Source: Oscillospiraceae bacterium
GTDB lineage: Bacteria; Bacillota; Clostridia; Oscillospirales; Ruminococcaceae
Length of the DNA stretch: 64,000 nucleotides
Assembly (NCBI GenBank): GCA_017547525.1
Contig: JAFYPL010000003.1
Location: forward strand, 1,426 to 65,425
Reading direction: 5' to 3'
Positions 48,575-57,528 of the stretch are shown here, piece by piece. Each line of letters opens with the position of its first letter. Within the stretch, counting starts at the first letter, position 1. A program made the translations under genes and the position numbers. The notes beneath the pieces were generated by a model. The model saw only the letters and a program-made list of their open reading frames with translations. It did no database searches and had not been told where the DNA came from.

Positions 48575-48830
48575 GACGATAAACCAGTAGGTAGCAAGAA
48601 GGTTGTGCAGAGAGTTCCCGGTTGCTGAAAAGGGAATATAACCAGAGTTACTGAATACATTATCCAGCTGACCGGTGAAGATTTTACGGATTGGGTAGCC
48701 GGCTCCGGTATTCGCCCGTTACAGCGAAAGGGTATTAACCCGCACACCTGCGGACGATACCCGTAAAGGCCAGTATTGTGAGGTATTGGCGAATAGAGGT
48801 GGTAACACGGGATTTGATCCCGTCCTCTGA
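48575..48830 (+). promoter_or_regulatory. T-box riboswitch leader, specifier UAC (Tyr), with no recognisable intrinsic terminator
   Basis: It is colinear with leader 1.
- Specifier loop GAA-TAC-A (48653-48659).
- T-box 48792-48813.
- Antiterminator ACGGGAT-ttg-ATCCCGT plus AGAGG/CCTCT.
- A weak promoter, TTGTTA-17-TATGAC, lies at about 48549-48577. Confidence 0.8.
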
Positions 48831-48918
48831 CTACTATGCAGAAGAGTATGAAAATGAAAACAGATTTATTCTTCTGAAATGCAAAAAAGCTAAAAACAAA
48901 AAGAAAGAGGAAAAAACA

Positions 48919-49902
48919 ATGAAAAAACTTTTAGCACTGGTTCTCGCAGCCATTATGTCAATCTCACTTGTAGCATGTTCAGGTGGTACAACATCTGAAA
49001 CAACAGAAACTAAAATTAAAGTTGGTATCCTGCAGCAGCTGGAACACGTAGCACTGGACCAGTCCAGAGAAGGCTTTGTACAGGCACTTGCAGACAACGG
49101 TTATGTTGATGGCGAAAATATGGTTCTGGACATTCAGAACGCACAGAGTGACCAGTCCAACCTGCAGACAATGTCTGAAAGATTGGTAAACAAAGAAAAT
49201 CAGCTTATCCTTGCTATTGCAACAGGTGCTGCACAGACAGTAGCTGGCAAAACAAAGGATATTCCTATACTTATCACAGCTGTTACAGACCCGGTTGATG
49301 CAGGTCTTGCAGATAGCATGGAAAAACCAGGTACAAACGTTTCCGGTACATCTGACGCTTCTCCAATGGCAGAACAGATTGATCTGATGCTGCAGCTTTG
49401 CCCAGGTGTTAAAACAGTAGGCCTCATGTATACATCCAGCGAAGATAACTCTGTACTGCAGATCAACCAGATGAAAGCTATTCTGGATGATAAAAATCTT
49501 GAATATGTAGAGCAGACAGTTACAAACTCCAACGATGTACAGCAGGCTACACAGTCTCTGGTTACAAAATGTGACGCCATCTACATTCCTACAGATAACG
49601 TTCTGGCATCATCTATGGCACTGGTAGGCGTTGTAGCAAATGAAGCTAAAGTTCCTGTTATCTGCGGTGAAGCAGGTATGGTTGAATCTGGTGGTTTCGC
49701 TACAATCGGTATTGACTACTACAACCTGGGATACCAGACAGGCGAAATGGCAGTTAAAGTACTGGAAGGTGCAGATGTTTCCACAATGCCAATCGAAACA
49801 CAGAAAGATTTTGCATACACAATCAATGGTAATGTGGCAGAAGCTCTGGGCATTGAAATTCCAGCTGAATTACAGGAATTTGTTATTAATCCTGCAGCAT
49901 AA
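48919..49902 (+). CDS. ABC transporter substrate-binding lipoprotein, COG2984/PF04392 type (paralog 3)
   Basis: Lipobox LVAC-S. ATG 48919 is preceded by AGAGGA. The track ORF start at 48778 reads through the T-box and is rejected. Confidence 0.9.
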   Translation: MKKLLALVLAAIMSISLVACSGGTTSETTETKIKVGILQQLEHVALDQSREGFVQALADNGYVDGENMVLDIQNAQSDQSNLQTMSERLVNKENQLILAIATGAAQTVAGKTKDIPILITAVTDPVDAGLADSMEKPGTNVSGTSDASPMAEQIDLMLQLCPGVKTVGLMYTSSEDNSVLQINQMKAILDDKNLEYVEQTVTNSNDVQQATQSLVTKCDAIYIPTDNVLASSMALVGVVANEAKVPVICGEAGMVESGGFATIGIDYYNLGYQTGEMAVKVLEGADVSTMPIETQKDFAYTINGNVAEALGIEIPAELQEFVINPAA

Positions 49903-49993
49903 TTAAAAAGTATAAATTATTAAATAATCAAAAAGTATAAAAATCAGAAGAAAAAATTCGGGATATAAAGAATTTGGGGAGTAGGTCAGAAAA

Positions 49994-50923
49994 ATGTTGA
50001 ATATTATTACAGGCGCAGTATCACTTGGATTGTTATGGTCGGTTATGGCTTTAGGCGTATACCTTACATTCCGTGTACTGGATTATGCAGATATGACTGT
50101 TGACGGAAGTATAGTAACAGGTGCGGCTATAGCGGCCAAACTGCTGGTAAGCGGTATAAATCCTGTTATTGCTACAGTGGCGGCTTTTTTCGGCGGTATG
50201 GCAGCGGGTATGGTAACAGGCCTGCTTCACACAAAGCTGAAAATACCAGCTATCCTTTCAGGTATCTTGTCACAGATTGGCCTGTATTCTATCAACATTA
50301 AAATTATGGGCAAACCTAACACAACTCTGCTGAAAGTTGAAACTCTGTTCTCAATGTTTGGTAAATCCAAATATGCAGTTCTTTTCTGTGGTGGTGTTAC
50401 TGCTGTGGCGTTTGTTGTGCTGCTGTATATGTTCCTGTCCACATCTTTGGGTAGTGCACTGCGTGCAACAGGTAACAACGAAAAAATGGCCAATGCTATG
50501 GGTATCAATATCGATACAATGAAAATACTTGGTCTTGCACTGGGTAACGGTCTGGTTGCATTCTCAGGTGCTCTTATAGCACAGAGCCAGGGCTATGCAG
50601 ATATGGGTATGGGTCAGGGTTCCATCGTTATCGGTCTTGCCAGTGTTATCATAGGTGAAGTTCTTTACCATCGTACAAGCATTCTGGGCAAACTCAGCTC
50701 AGTACTGGTAGGTGCGGTATCTTACAGAATTATTATTGCTCTGGTTATTGACATGGGTATGGACCCACTGGACCTGAAACTGTTTACAGCTATCACAGTA
50801 ACAGTTGCTCTTTCAATGCCAAGAATTAAAAACTTTGTGCTGGCTAAACTTACAGCACTGAAAAAACACACAGGAGCTAAATCCACAGCAAAAATCATGA
50901 AAAAGGAAGGTGAAAAGGTATGA
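49994..50923 (+). CDS. ABC transporter permease (COG4120 type)
   Basis: Polytopic protein of 309 aa, immediately downstream of the binding proteins. Confidence 0.85.
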   Translation: MLNIITGAVSLGLLWSVMALGVYLTFRVLDYADMTVDGSIVTGAAIAAKLLVSGINPVIATVAAFFGGMAAGMVTGLLHTKLKIPAILSGILSQIGLYSINIKIMGKPNTTLLKVETLFSMFGKSKYAVLFCGGVTAVAFVVLLYMFLSTSLGSALRATGNNEKMANAMGINIDTMKILGLALGNGLVAFSGALIAQSQGYADMGMGQGSIVIGLASVIIGEVLYHRTSILGKLSSVLVGAVSYRIIIALVIDMGMDPLDLKLFTAITVTVALSMPRIKNFVLAKLTALKKHTGAKSTAKIMKKEGEKV

Positions 50924-51723
50924 CACCAGCACTGGTTATAAAAGATGTAGAAAAAACATTCAATCCTGGTACAATCACAGAAAATCATGTGCTTAAAGGT
51001 GTAAACCTTGTACTGGAAGAAGGGGATTACGTAACTGTTATCGGTGGTAATGGTGCAGGTAAATCCACCATGCTTAACTCTATCGCAGGTGTTTTTCCTA
51101 TAGACGAGGGCGAAATATACATCGGCGAAAAAAATGTAACAAACCTTCCTGAACATAAACGTGCTGTTCATCTTGGTCGAGTATTCCAGGACCCTATGGT
51201 AGGTACAGCAGCAGCTATGACTATTGCTGAAAACTTGTCCCTTGCGCTTCACCGTGGTGAAAAACGTGGACTTACAAAAGCAATTTCTGAAAAAGAAAAA
51301 GAATTTTTCCGTACACAGCTGAAACAGCTGGATCTGGACCTGGAAAACAGACTGGATGATACTATCGGTCTTTTGTCAGGTGGTCAGCGTCAGGCAATCA
51401 CACTGCTGATGGCTACAATCAAAAAACCTGATCTTCTGCTGCTGGATGAACATACAGCAGCGCTGGACCCTAAAACAGCGGAAAAGGTACTGCAGCTGAC
51501 AGATACTATAGTAAAAGAAAATAATCTTACTACTATTATGATTACTCATAATATGCGTGATGCTATCAGCCACGGTAACCGTCTTATCATGATGAATAAT
51601 GGCCGAGTGGTTTATGATGTTAAAGGTGAAGAAAAACAGAAACTTACTGTTGAAGCACTGCTGGAAAAATTCACTCAGTCTTACCGGGAATCCACATTCA
51701 CAGACAGAATGATTCTGGGTTGA
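50920..51723 (+). CDS. ABC transporter ATP-binding protein (COG1101 type)
   Basis: GGNGAGKST, LSGGQRQAITL and LLLDEHTAALD motifs. There is a 4-nt overlap with the permease gene. Confidence 0.9.
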   Translation: MTPALVIKDVEKTFNPGTITENHVLKGVNLVLEEGDYVTVIGGNGAGKSTMLNSIAGVFPIDEGEIYIGEKNVTNLPEHKRAVHLGRVFQDPMVGTAAAMTIAENLSLALHRGEKRGLTKAISEKEKEFFRTQLKQLDLDLENRLDDTIGLLSGGQRQAITLLMATIKKPDLLLLDEHTAALDPKTAEKVLQLTDTIVKENNLTTIMITHNMRDAISHGNRLIMMNNGRVVYDVKGEEKQKLTVEALLEKFTQSYRESTFTDRMILG

Positions 51724-51748
51724 TAAACATAATGTTTATACTGAAGTT

Positions 51749-51777
51749 AAAAGGCCTGATATAAATCAGGCCTTTTA
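51749..51777 (+). terminator. Terminator
   Basis: AAAAGGCCTGAT-ataa-ATCAGGCCTTTT. Confidence 0.8.
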
Positions 51778-51799
51778 TAATAAAAAAATTAAAAAAGTG

Positions 51800-51828
51800 T
51801 TGACAAAATGACTTTTCAGTGGTAATAT
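51800..51828 (+). promoter_or_regulatory. Promoter of the tRNA-Ser pair
   Basis: TTGACA-17 nt-TAATAT. Confidence 0.65.
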
Positions 51829-51849
51829 ATAATGCGTAGCTTGAGATAC

Positions 51850-51936
<87 letters not shown>

Positions 51937-51986
51937 TATCTTATAAGCCACATTTTTTATATGAATAGTTATTATTAACTTCGTCT

Positions 51987-52078
51987 GGAGATTTACTCAA
52001 GTTGGCCGAAGAGGCGCCCCTGCTAAGGGCGTAGGGCGGGTAACCGTCGCGAGGGTTCAAATCCCTCAATCTCCGCCA
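51987..52078 (+). tRNA. tRNA-Ser (anticodon GCU), CCA encoded
   Basis: Acceptor GGAGATT/AATCTCC, anticodon loop CT-GCT-AA, a long variable arm, and a GGTTCAAATCC T-loop. Confidence 0.9.
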
Positions 52079-52080
52079 GG

Positions 52081-52108
52081 AAAAGCACCGCAAATGCGGT
52101 GCTTTTTT
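52081..52108 (+). terminator. Terminator after the tRNA genes
   Basis: AAAAGCACCGC-aaat-GCGGTGCTTTTTT. Confidence 0.85.
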
Positions 52109-52282
52109 CGTTTTGTGAACTTTTTTGTAGTAGAATTAAAAAAGCCATTAATAATAGTAATAAATTTATCAAAATTAATTTCAGTAACCAATTTTTTGAA
52201 TCAAAGTAAACTTTTTCAAAAATATCTTGACTTTTATATATTTGTGATATAATTATAATGTTATAATATAAATAATGTGTTG

Positions 52283-52520
52283 ATGGATCGAGTATTTATA
52301 TTCTTCAGTTTTCAGAGAGCCGCGGCAGGTGTAAAGCGGTAGCTGAACTATAAAGAAAAACAATCCGGAGCATGCGGAAGAAAGCATTTTGTTATTAGAC
52401 CCGCACGTAGCGCTACGATACAGCGATGGAAAGTGGACTGCACATTGCGGTCAATCTGGGTGGTACCGCGGAAGCTGTCTTTCGTCCCATGGGGGATAAA
52501 GGCGGCTTTTTATTATTTTG
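52283..52520 (+). promoter_or_regulatory. T-box riboswitch leader, specifier AAC (Asn), with a terminator
   Basis: The following elements are all present.
- Stem I base GGAT/ATCC, an AGTA S-turn and an AGAGAG bulge.
- GGTGTAAA distal loop.
- Specifier ...GAAA-AAC-A (52359-52362).
- T-box AATCTGGGTGGTACCGCGG.
- An imperfect terminator stem followed by TTTTT. Confidence 0.85.
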
Positions 52521-52565
52521 CGGGGCACCGCACTATGTATTTTATGAATCAGAAAGGGGATTCAG

Positions 52566-52847
52566 ATGGATATAAAAACATTGTCCAGATTGCAGAAACT
52601 GAACCAGCTCAATCTGACTGAAACAGAAGAAAACGAACTGATGGCTTTTTTTGAAAAAGCAGAAAAAGATGCAGAGATTCTTGCATCTGTAGACACAGAA
52701 AATGTGGAAAGAATGGTATATGTAATGCCAATGACAAACATTATCCGTGAAGATATTGCCAAAAAAGTATTTACACGTGACCAGCTGCAGGAACAGGCTC
52801 CTGAAGCTATGGATGGTTACTGGCAGGTACCACGTCTGGTAGAGTAA
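52566..52847 (+). CDS. gatC: Asp/Glu-tRNA amidotransferase subunit C
   Basis: 93 aa; LNLTETEENEL...DGYWQVPRLVE is the typical GatC sequence. Confidence 0.9.
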   Translation: MDIKTLSRLQKLNQLNLTETEENELMAFFEKAEKDAEILASVDTENVERMVYVMPMTNIIREDIAKKVFTRDQLQEQAPEAMDGYWQVPRLVE

Positions 52848-52866
52848 TTCAGAAAGGACATAAAAG

Positions 52867-54036
52867 ATGAAAGTATATATCACTAAATCTGAAGCCACAG
52901 GCAAAAACATTGTGGTTGATGATATGATTCTCACTACAGATATGCCTACTACAGCAGGTTCAAAAATGCTGGATGGTTATATGAGCCTTTTTGAAGCGCA
53001 GGCAGTTACAGCACTGAAAGAAAACGGCTACACAATCTGTGGTAAAGCAAACACGGGTGAATTTAACCTGGACCTTCTGGGCGAAACAAGTCATTTCGGC
53101 CCATGTGAAGAAAATGGTGTACTGAAAGGCGCTGCAGCACAGACTGTAAAAATGGGCGATGCTATGGCAGCAGTTACACTGGAAGTTAATGGTTCATCTG
53201 CAAGAGCAGCTGCACTGGCTGGTCTGGTTATGATGAAACCAACATACGGCACAGTATCTCGTTTTGGTACTATTCCTGCAGCATGCTCCGGCGAAACAGT
53301 ATGTGTTACAGCTGCTGATGTTGATACAGTGAAAGAAGTGCTGACAGCTCTGAAAGGCCACGATGATAAAGACGGCACATCCCTGCCACAGGAAAAATGT
53401 GTGCTGGGTCAGGCAATGCCTGCGAAAAAAGTTGCTGTTGCAAAATCTCTGCTGACAGCTGATGCAGATACACTGGCAAAAGTTGAAGCAGTAAAAGCAA
53501 AACTTATAGCAAATGGCGTGGAAGTTGTTGAAATTGAAGCAGAACAGCTTCTGCTGGCAAAATCAGCATGGAACATTCTTATGTCTGCTGAACTTTGCAA
53601 CAACGTTTCCAAATACGATGGCGTAAAATACGGCTACCGTACACCTAACTATACAAACATTGATGAGCTGTATACAAACAGCAGAACAGAAGCCTTCGGC
53701 TATCTGACAAAGTCTACAGTACTGTTTGGTTCAGAAACACTGTCTGAGGCAAACTACTTCAAGGTATACGACAAAGCACAGAGAATCCGCCGTGTAATCA
53801 GCGAATATCTGACAGCAGTATTTGCAGAATACGATGCAATCCTTGCACCTGTATGTTCAAAAACAGAATACACAGTGGAAGAAACTGCTGCAAACAAATA
53901 TATGGCCTATGAAGAAAGCACATACACAGCACCTTCAATGATTACAGGTATTCCTGTAGTTGTTACAGGCGGTGTACAGCTGATGGGCGCACCACTGTCT
54001 GATGCCGCACTGCTGGCAATGGCAGAAACACTGTAA
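52867..54036 (+). CDS. gatA: GatA-position amidase-signature homolog, short (389 aa) with a degenerate catalytic triad
   Basis: It lies between gatC and gatB. TTAGSKML and MKPTYGTVSRFG align to GatA. The IKD Lys aligns to Asp18, and GGSSGGS is replaced by NGVLKGA. Confidence 0.75.
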   Translation: MKVYITKSEATGKNIVVDDMILTTDMPTTAGSKMLDGYMSLFEAQAVTALKENGYTICGKANTGEFNLDLLGETSHFGPCEENGVLKGAAAQTVKMGDAMAAVTLEVNGSSARAAALAGLVMMKPTYGTVSRFGTIPAACSGETVCVTAADVDTVKEVLTALKGHDDKDGTSLPQEKCVLGQAMPAKKVAVAKSLLTADADTLAKVEAVKAKLIANGVEVVEIEAEQLLLAKSAWNILMSAELCNNVSKYDGVKYGYRTPNYTNIDELYTNSRTEAFGYLTKSTVLFGSETLSEANYFKVYDKAQRIRRVISEYLTAVFAEYDAILAPVCSKTEYTVEETAANKYMAYEESTYTAPSMITGIPVVVTGGVQLMGAPLSDAALLAMAETL

Positions 54037-54051
54037 AGGAGGAAGCAGAAT

Positions 54052-55491
54052 ATGAAATACGAAACCGTCATTGGTCTGGAAGTTCACGTTGAACTTGCTA
54101 CCAAATCCAAAATTTTCTGTTCCTGTTCCGCTGAATTCGGTGCAGAACAGAATGATCATGTATGTCCTGCATGCTCCGGTATGCCTGGCATGCTGCCAAT
54201 CGTAAACAAACGCGTTGTGGACCTTGGTATGACAGCTGGTATGATGCTGAACTGTGATATCAACCGTGTGACAACATTTGATAAAAAAAGCTACTACTAC
54301 CCAGACCTTCCAAACGCATACCAGACTACACAGTGGTTCAGCCCTATCTGTGTAAATGGCCGTGTGGATATTGAAACATCAAAAGGTCCTAAATCCATCA
54401 GAATCAAACAGATTCACATGGAAGAAGACGCAGGTAAACTGGTACACGACGATTGGTCTGATACAACTCTGGTTGACTTTAACAGAACATCTGTGCCACT
54501 TATCGAAATTGTTTCACAGCCAGATATTTCTTCTGCTGAAGAAGCAATCGCTTATCTGGAAAGACTGCGCGACCTTCTGCGTTTTGCAAAAGTTTCTGAC
54601 TGCCGTTGGGAACAGGGTTCTATGCGTTGCGACGTTAACCTTTCCATCCGTCCGGAAGGCAGTGATGTGCTGGGTGTAAGAACAGAAATGAAAAATATGA
54701 ACTCACTTTCTGCTATTACACGCGCTATCAAATATGAAGTAGCAAGACACACACGTGCACTGGAAAAAGGTACAGAAGAACTGGTACAGGAAACACGCCG
54801 TTGGGATGACAACGAAGGCAAAAGCTATGCTATGCGTACAAAAGAAACAGCTGGTGACTACCGCTACTTCCCAGACCCTAACATCATGCCTGTAGTTATT
54901 GACGACGAATGGTTCAGCCGCATTGAAAAAACATTGCCTGAACTGCCAGAAGTAAAAAGAGAAAAATACACAGGTGAAATGGGCCTGTCTGAATACGATG
55001 CAGACCAGCTGGTATCATCCCGCGCTCTGTGTGACGTATTTGAAGATGCTGTCAGCGTTTGCGGCAGTGCAAAAGAAGCTGCAAACTGGATTATCACAGA
55101 CTGTATGCAGGTACTGAATAAAAAGAAAATGACAGCTGATATGCTGGATATCAACGGCACATCCCTTGGCCAGCTTATTAAACTGGTAAGCGAAGATAAA
55201 GTAAGCCGCGGTAATGCAAAACGTATTCTGGCTGCTATGTTTGAAGGCGAAATTGCTGACGTGGAAGCTTATGCAAAAGAATACGGCTTTATCGTTTCCA
55301 ACGATACTTCCGCTATTGAAAACATTGTAAAAGAAGCTATCGCAGCAGACCCTAAATCAGTTGCTGACTTTAAAGCAGGTAAAGAAAAAGCTCTGATGGC
55401 ACTGTTCGGCAAATGTATGAAACAGCTGAAAGGTAACGCAAATCCACAGGTACTGCGTGAAATCCTGATTGCTGAAATCAACAAAATTTAA
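54052..55491 (+). CDS. gatB: Asp/Glu-tRNA amidotransferase subunit B
   Basis: YETVIGLEVHVEL, the C-terminal helical/YqeY-like tail, and 479 aa length. Confidence 0.95.
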   Translation: MKYETVIGLEVHVELATKSKIFCSCSAEFGAEQNDHVCPACSGMPGMLPIVNKRVVDLGMTAGMMLNCDINRVTTFDKKSYYYPDLPNAYQTTQWFSPICVNGRVDIETSKGPKSIRIKQIHMEEDAGKLVHDDWSDTTLVDFNRTSVPLIEIVSQPDISSAEEAIAYLERLRDLLRFAKVSDCRWEQGSMRCDVNLSIRPEGSDVLGVRTEMKNMNSLSAITRAIKYEVARHTRALEKGTEELVQETRRWDDNEGKSYAMRTKETAGDYRYFPDPNIMPVVIDDEWFSRIEKTLPELPEVKREKYTGEMGLSEYDADQLVSSRALCDVFEDAVSVCGSAKEAANWIITDCMQVLNKKKMTADMLDINGTSLGQLIKLVSEDKVSRGNAKRILAAMFEGEIADVEAYAKEYGFIVSNDTSAIENIVKEAIAADPKSVADFKAGKEKALMALFGKCMKQLKGNANPQVLREILIAEINKI

Positions 55492-55501
55492 TAGTTTAAT
55501 T

Positions 55502-55529
55502 AAAAAGCACCTTGTAAAAGGTGCTTTTT
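55502..55529 (+). terminator. Terminator after gatB
   Basis: AAAAAGCACC-ttgtaaaa-GGTGCTTTTTG. Confidence 0.85.
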
Positions 55530-55671
55530 GTTATGTATAAATTATTGCTTTACAGTGGATATATTGTAAGATGCAAAAGCTTATACATACAAGAATATGC
55601 ATAAAATACATTATATACTTGAAAAAAGTATAAAAATATACAAAAATAATGCAAAAATATTACAAAAACAC

Positions 55672-55700
55672 TTGAATTATCTGTGTGATGGTAGTATAAT
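55672..55700 (+). promoter_or_regulatory. Promoter of the M14 peptidase gene
   Basis: TTGAAT-17 nt-TATAAT. Confidence 0.6.
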
Positions 55701-55732
55701 GATGCAGTAATCTTTTTGAGAGGGGATTTATT

Positions 55733-57430
55733 ATGAAAACTTATAGTTTTGATCATTACTATGTATATGATGAACTGACACAGTTGCTGCAGGAATTGGC
55801 TGCAGATTATCCACAGCTGATCAAAGTGAATTCTATCTGCACAACTCTGGAAAACAGAGAAGTATGGGCATGTGAAATCACAAACTACGAAACAGGCGAT
55901 GTACTGTCTAAACCAGCTTACTATGTAGACGGTAACCACCATGCAGGTGAAGTTACAGGTTCTATGGCTGCTATTCATCTTATCGTTACTCTGGTACAGA
56001 AATACGGTACAGATGCAAACATTACAAAACTGCTGGATGAAAATGCAGTATACGTAATTCCTAGAATTACTCCTGACGGGGCAGAAACATATCTTACAAG
56101 CTATGAAAAGCTGCGTAGTGTAAACAGACCTTATCCATTTGAAAAACCAGCTCCAGGCCTTCATGCCAAAGATATGGACAACGATGGCGTTATCCGTATG
56201 ATGCGTGTTGAAACACCTAACGGCGTATGGAAAGAATCTGCAAAAGATCCACGTATCATGGTTAAACGTATGCCTGCTGATTTCGGTGGCAAATACTACA
56301 ATGTATATCCAGAAGGTTACATCGAAGATTATGACGGCGTACATATTTTCCCTGCAGAAGTAAAATGGGGTCTTGATTTTAACAGAAACTACCCACTTGG
56401 CTGGTTCCCTGAAAACCGTCAGCCAGGCGCAGGTAAATATCCACTGTCCAACCCAGAAAACAAAGCAGTAGCAGATTTCGTTATTGGTCATCCAAATATC
56501 TGCAGCGCTGTTACATACCATACATCCGGTGGTTGCTACATCTACCCACCAGGAACAATGCCAGAAAAGAATGCTGACCCACGCGATATGAGAATGTTCC
56601 GTGAAATCGGTGAAATGGCTACAGAAGAAACAGGTTATGCATGCTTCAACATTTTCGATGCATTCCTTACAGATACTGTAAACTATTCTTCCGGCGCATT
56701 TGATGACTGGATGTATTCCACACAGGGGATCCCTACATATACAGCAGAACTGTGGGATTTACAGATCCGTGCAGGCGTTCCTGAAGTATACCCAAGAACA
56801 CAGCCAAAAACAGACAGACAGCATGAAGAAGACATGGTTCTCATCTATAAATGGATTGATGAAAACGTACCAATGCTGAAATCTGGTAAACCTATAAAAG
56901 AATGGACAGAATACGACCATCCACAGCTGGGCAAAGTGGAAATTGGTGGTATGGACTTCAAATACACATGGCAGAACTGCCCTCCAGGCTATCTGGAACA
57001 GGAAGTTGAAAAGAATACAAACTTCTGTCTGCGTATGGCGATGACATGTCCTAAACTGGTTATAGACAGTCTTACAGCTGAAAAACTGGGCGAAGGTGTT
57101 TATAAACTGAATGCTAAAGTTTCCAACACAGGTTATCTGCCTACATTCGTTACAAACGAAGCTAAACGTCTTAAAGTTGATAAAGAACTGACAGTTAAAC
57201 TGGATGTTACTGGTGAAATCGTTACAGGTAAAGCAGACGGTAAAATGGGCCATCTGGAAGGCTTCTCAGGCGTTAAGAGCTCTTACGCATGGGATAACAT
57301 TACTACACGTAACCATGCTCCATTTACAAAAGTTCTTTCATGGGTTGTTAAAGCTGATGAAGGTACAGAAGCAGTTGTAACTGTAAGCGGTCCTAAAGCT
57401 GGCTGTGTAAAAGCAACAATTGTTCTGTAA
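55733..57430 (+). CDS. M14-family zinc carboxypeptidase-like protein
   Basis: VDGNHHAGE (HxxE zinc motif), a downstream YHTSGG His motif, and 565 aa length. Confidence 0.8.
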   Translation: MKTYSFDHYYVYDELTQLLQELAADYPQLIKVNSICTTLENREVWACEITNYETGDVLSKPAYYVDGNHHAGEVTGSMAAIHLIVTLVQKYGTDANITKLLDENAVYVIPRITPDGAETYLTSYEKLRSVNRPYPFEKPAPGLHAKDMDNDGVIRMMRVETPNGVWKESAKDPRIMVKRMPADFGGKYYNVYPEGYIEDYDGVHIFPAEVKWGLDFNRNYPLGWFPENRQPGAGKYPLSNPENKAVADFVIGHPNICSAVTYHTSGGCYIYPPGTMPEKNADPRDMRMFREIGEMATEETGYACFNIFDAFLTDTVNYSSGAFDDWMYSTQGIPTYTAELWDLQIRAGVPEVYPRTQPKTDRQHEEDMVLIYKWIDENVPMLKSGKPIKEWTEYDHPQLGKVEIGGMDFKYTWQNCPPGYLEQEVEKNTNFCLRMAMTCPKLVIDSLTAEKLGEGVYKLNAKVSNTGYLPTFVTNEAKRLKVDKELTVKLDVTGEIVTGKADGKMGHLEGFSGVKSSYAWDNITTRNHAPFTKVLSWVVKADEGTEAVVTVSGPKAGCVKATIVL

Positions 57431-57451
57431 TCTATAATAAAACAAAAATAT

Positions 57452-57485
57452 ACTGCCGCCGGTTAGCCGGTGGCAGTTTTATTTT
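57452..57485 (+). terminator. Terminator
   Basis: ACTGCCGCCGG-ttag-CCGGTGGCAGT followed by a T-run. Confidence 0.8.
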
Positions 57486-57528
57486 TAATACAAATAAAAA
57501 AGCAGGGAAGAAATCCCTGCTGATTTTA

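Noticed and set aside
48778-48918. An N-terminal extension of the third binding protein, from the track start at 48778.
   Set aside because: The extension reads straight through the T-box and antiterminator sequence. A lipoprotein signal peptide begins at ATG 48919, which has an AGAGGA Shine-Dalgarno.
52355-52362. An alternative specifier register, AAA (Lys), for the gatCAB T-box.
   Set aside because: By the rule that the codon is followed by a purine directly before the basal helix, the read is AAC-A. An Asn specifier also fits the gatCAB function. Only the covariance-model register would settle this formally.
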